From positions 1 through 64,000 of the forward strand of contig JAWBDT010000001.1 of NCBI GenBank assembly GCA_038821645.1: a DNA stretch of 64,000 bases, read 5' to 3'. The translations under genes were made by a program, and so were the position numbers. The notes under the pieces are model-generated. The model did no database searches, had not been told where the DNA came from, and was given only the letters and a program-made list of their open reading frames with translations. The stretch comes from Ignisphaera sp. Lineage in GTDB: Archaea > Thermoproteota > Thermoprotei_A > Sulfolobales > Ignisphaeraceae. Each line of letters opens with the position of its first letter. Position 1 is the stretch's first letter. Shown here one piece after another: positions 61,578 to 64,000 of this stretch.

Positions 61578-61603
61578 TTATGTATAATGTTTATGTATAA
61601 TGT
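61578..61603. repeat. perfect 13-bp tandem direct repeat in trp promoter region
   Basis: TTATGTATAATGT twice, just upstream (on the minus strand) of the AAAGCTTTAATA BRE/TATA. Confidence 0.8.
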
Positions 61604-61768
61604 TCAGTTTCCAGAGATTCTTCATCTATTCTTCAGTCTGGTCTAGGAATCATCACTCTGTACTTAGTAAGTATTACATCAGAATAAAAATGTTTAGACT
61701 TAATCTAGATTGCTTAAATGTTTAGTTAAAAGTATTGATTTAATCTACTCTACACAGATATAATACTT

Positions 61769-62575
61769 TTAGCTAGATAGATCCTCTGAAACTACTTCTG
61801 CAAGCTTCTTGCCGGATAAAAGCATAGAGCTAAATATGGGACCCATTCTCGGTAATCCGTATAATGATGCAACAGACATGCCAGAAACATATAGCCCTGG
61901 TATAACTCTTCCAGTCTTCTCTACAACAACTTTTTCCGATATTTCTGAATAAGCAGATTTCTCTCCGTATAGAGTTATATTTGCTTCAGGTAGTTTTTTA
62001 GCAACTATTTGTAGAACTTCTGCTTCATGACCAGTAGCATCTACAACAGCTCTAGATCTTATGAATAGAGGATCCACATGTAGACCAGACATAATTACAG
62101 CACCCCACTGAATAACAACACCTTCTATTCTGATAGGGTTAGGTCTATATATGACATCCTCTACATGAACTCCCTGGATTATTTTTGCACCTGCATCAAT
62201 AGCACCAACAGCTAGTTTAGCCATAAGCTCTGAAGCATCTATAACGTAGAGGTCTTCTTCTTCATCTCTATAGAATTTTATATTGAAATCCTTTAGTATT
62301 GATAAAACCGAACTATCTACAACAACTTTATGGAAAAGCATACCACCACCACCAATTCCACCACCAAAGCTAAGTCTACGTTCAAGAACTAGAACCCGTA
62401 GACCTTTATCAGCCAAATATTTAGCGGCAGTCATACCTGAAGGACCTGCACCCACTATAACGACATCGGTATCACTCAAATCTAGCCATTCCTTCATTGT
62501 ATTTCTAACTATAGCTCTAGTTATCCTTACTTCAAGAGATTTAGAGATAGACATAGATTCAACCCAATGCCTCAT
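61769..62575 (-). CDS. thi4: thiazole (adenosine diphosphate thiazole) synthase Thi4, His-type
   Basis: 'VGAGPSG', 'FGGGIGGGGM', 'GLHVDP', 'DATGH', 'PRMGPIF'. Confidence 0.95.
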   Translation of the reverse strand: MRHWVESMSISKSLEVRITRAIVRNTMKEWLDLSDTDVVIVGAGPSGMTAAKYLADKGLRVLVLERRLSFGGGIGGGGMLFHKVVVDSSVLSILKDFNIKFYRDEEEDLYVIDASELMAKLAVGAIDAGAKIIQGVHVEDVIYRPNPIRIEGVVIQWGAVIMSGLHVDPLFIRSRAVVDATGHEAEVLQIVAKKLPEANITLYGEKSAYSEISEKVVVEKTGRVIPGLYVSGMSVASLYGLPRMGPIFSSMLLSGKKLAEVVSEDLSS

Positions 62576-62710
62576 CTAGGATTCGATACAACACTTAACA
62601 AAGCTTGAAGATAATAACCCTAACTCATATAACAGAACTGGAGGATAAACTCAATCAAGACACGGTAATAATGCAGAAGCTGTAGATATGAGGAATGAAA
62701 AATTAGTTGA

Positions 62711-62998
62711 TTAAGAGAGCTCTTCCTCAGTTTTCCTCCTTTTTACAGCTCTATCGAATACTATCCAATTGCGATACCATTCATCATTCTCTTTTTTAAG
62801 AAGTTCAAGAACCATCTTTGTAAGCTCTTTAGCGCTAATCTCTTCTCTGCCCTCAGATATAAGTTTAGCTGTAACAAGTGTAGCAATTTTCCGAGCAGCA
62901 TCTAAGGTAGCGCCAGCCTTTAAGCAAGAAACAACAATTTTTTCATATACATATGGCTCTTTACTACCATCTCTCTTAATAACAAGTATCTGCGGCAT
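62711..62998 (-). CDS. stand-alone ATP-cone domain protein
   Basis: 'VIKRDGSKEPY..EKI..SC.KAG'; start set at MPQIL. Confidence 0.85.
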   Translation of the reverse strand: MPQILVIKRDGSKEPYVYEKIVVSCLKAGATLDAARKIATLVTAKLISEGREEISAKELTKMVLELLKKENDEWYRNWIVFDRAVKRRKTEEELS

Positions 62999-63381
62999 CC
63001 ATACAATCAATTTCTCTACCCTACCCTGTGTAGAAATACCTAGAAGAGAATATAAATATTTATCAGAATAGAATACGTAGTGCATGGAACGCTATAAGGT
63101 ATTGCACCATAATTAAGATCCTATAGTGTTAATTTAAGAGTTCTATGCTTGCACTAATCACGTCGTGTAGCTGATAAAGTAATAGGCATCAAACACATTG
63201 ATAGTTTATAGCTATTTCTATGTTCAACACATCTTCAACTTACTCAACCTTGAGGCAAGATGACACTTTCTTACCTAGATGGAACAACATTATTGAGATA
63301 GGGTCTCCGATACTGGTATCCAAGATCGAGATATAGTTGAAAAATGTTAGTAAGATTATGGTATTTTCCAAATATGATGCT

Positions 63382-64000
63382 CTATTTGGTGAGTATAGAT
63401 TCGAATAACTCTTTATCTACTTCATCTGCCATTGGTATACCAGTCACTTTTGCAGCTCTTTCCGTTAATGAGGCTAGATCCGATCTATCTAGTAAATCTA
63501 ATCGATACTTTCTCTGACCAACCATGAGAATCTTTATACCTGTTGCAATTTTCGAGAAGTAGGTGTAAAGCCCAATAGCACCTGTCTCTATTAATCTCTC
63601 TATGTTTTGTGCGCCATATCTTCCTACAAGTTCATATATTGATACAAAGAATGATTCTGGTTTAGATCCGTATTTCTCAACAAAATTCTGTGGAAGTGCA
63701 TTTTTCTTAGAGAGCTCTATGAAGTATCTAGATTTCATAACAGCAAGTATTGGTGCTCTAGCCATTGCTATAGCCTTTACATAGGGCTTGTCTCCGAAAT
63801 TACTCATTGCTATAGCTTTAACTATTTGATGTTCATTAGAGAACCCTCCAGCCATAGCTATGTCTGGTATATGCATACCCTTCTTCTTCATTATCTCACA
63901 GGCCTTCAATACCCATGCCTCTAGATAGATTGTTGGTACACCGCTTTCATTCATCATGGGTACCGGAGACATACCTGTTCCACCTCCAGCGCCATCAAAT
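63382..64000 (-). CDS. FMN-binding glutamate synthase family protein (5' part outside window)
   Basis: Frame stays open to the window edge; 'FDGAGGGTGMSP..MMNE.G', 'AGG', 'MAR'. Confidence 0.85.
   Translation of the reverse strand, partial: FDGAGGGTGMSPVPMMNESGVPTIYLEAWVLKACEIMKKKGMHIPDIAMAGGFSNEHQIVKAIAMSNFGDKPYVKAIAMARAPILAVMKSRYFIELSKKNALPQNFVEKYGSKPESFFVSIYELVGRYGAQNIERLIETGAIGLYTYFSKIATGIKILMVGQRKYRLDLLDRSDLASLTERAAKVTGIPMADEVDKELFESILTK

Noticed and set aside
437-63784. Numerous 60-170 aa ORFs antisense to or nested in recognised genes (e.g. 5672-5989, 12511-13029, 32294-32650, 48690-49142, 56809-57156, 62283-62579)
   Set aside because: They are shadow ORFs of well-supported genes and have no motifs of their own.
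1-64000. CRISPR arrays, tRNA/rRNA genes, integrases or transposases
   Set aside because: No regularly spaced repeats, no GC-rich structural RNA islands and no recombinase motifs were seen by eye. A tRNAscan/Infernal run would be needed to exclude small RNAs.

Overview
AT-rich chromosomal window from a crenarchaeon. Gene content and style suggest a thermophilic member of the Desulfurococcales such as Ignisphaera; this is inference, not a database match. Housekeeping blocks are a complete A/V-type ATP synthase operon (H-I-K-E-C-F-A-B-D), purM, elp3 with a convergent Trm9-like methyltransferase, a tupABC tungstate transporter with a divergent ModE regulator, a Na+/solute symporter, an aTrm5a-type methyltransferase, a radical SAM/SPASM enzyme, a trpB2-A-D-F-E-G-C operon, a His-type thi4 and a glutamate-synthase-family gene cut by the window edge. 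The best candidate for an undescribed system is the cell-envelope locus at about 36.3-51.6 kb. It combines an exosortase with an EpsI-like domain, a MoxR/DUF58/DUF4350/DUF4129 module, a split DUF1616, a LolCDE/MacB-type ABC exporter and a GT-C-like membrane protein. Features absent from the ORF track include a twin-CX3C microprotein coupled to a catalytically degenerate M14/AstE-like protein, a decayed M50 protease pseudogene, a symporter accessory microprotein, a ModE-box palindrome, and a Met-Ser-Gln-Trp uORF overlapping the trpB start. I saw no rRNA, tRNA, CRISPR array or intact mobile element. All family assignments come from motif recognition by eye.
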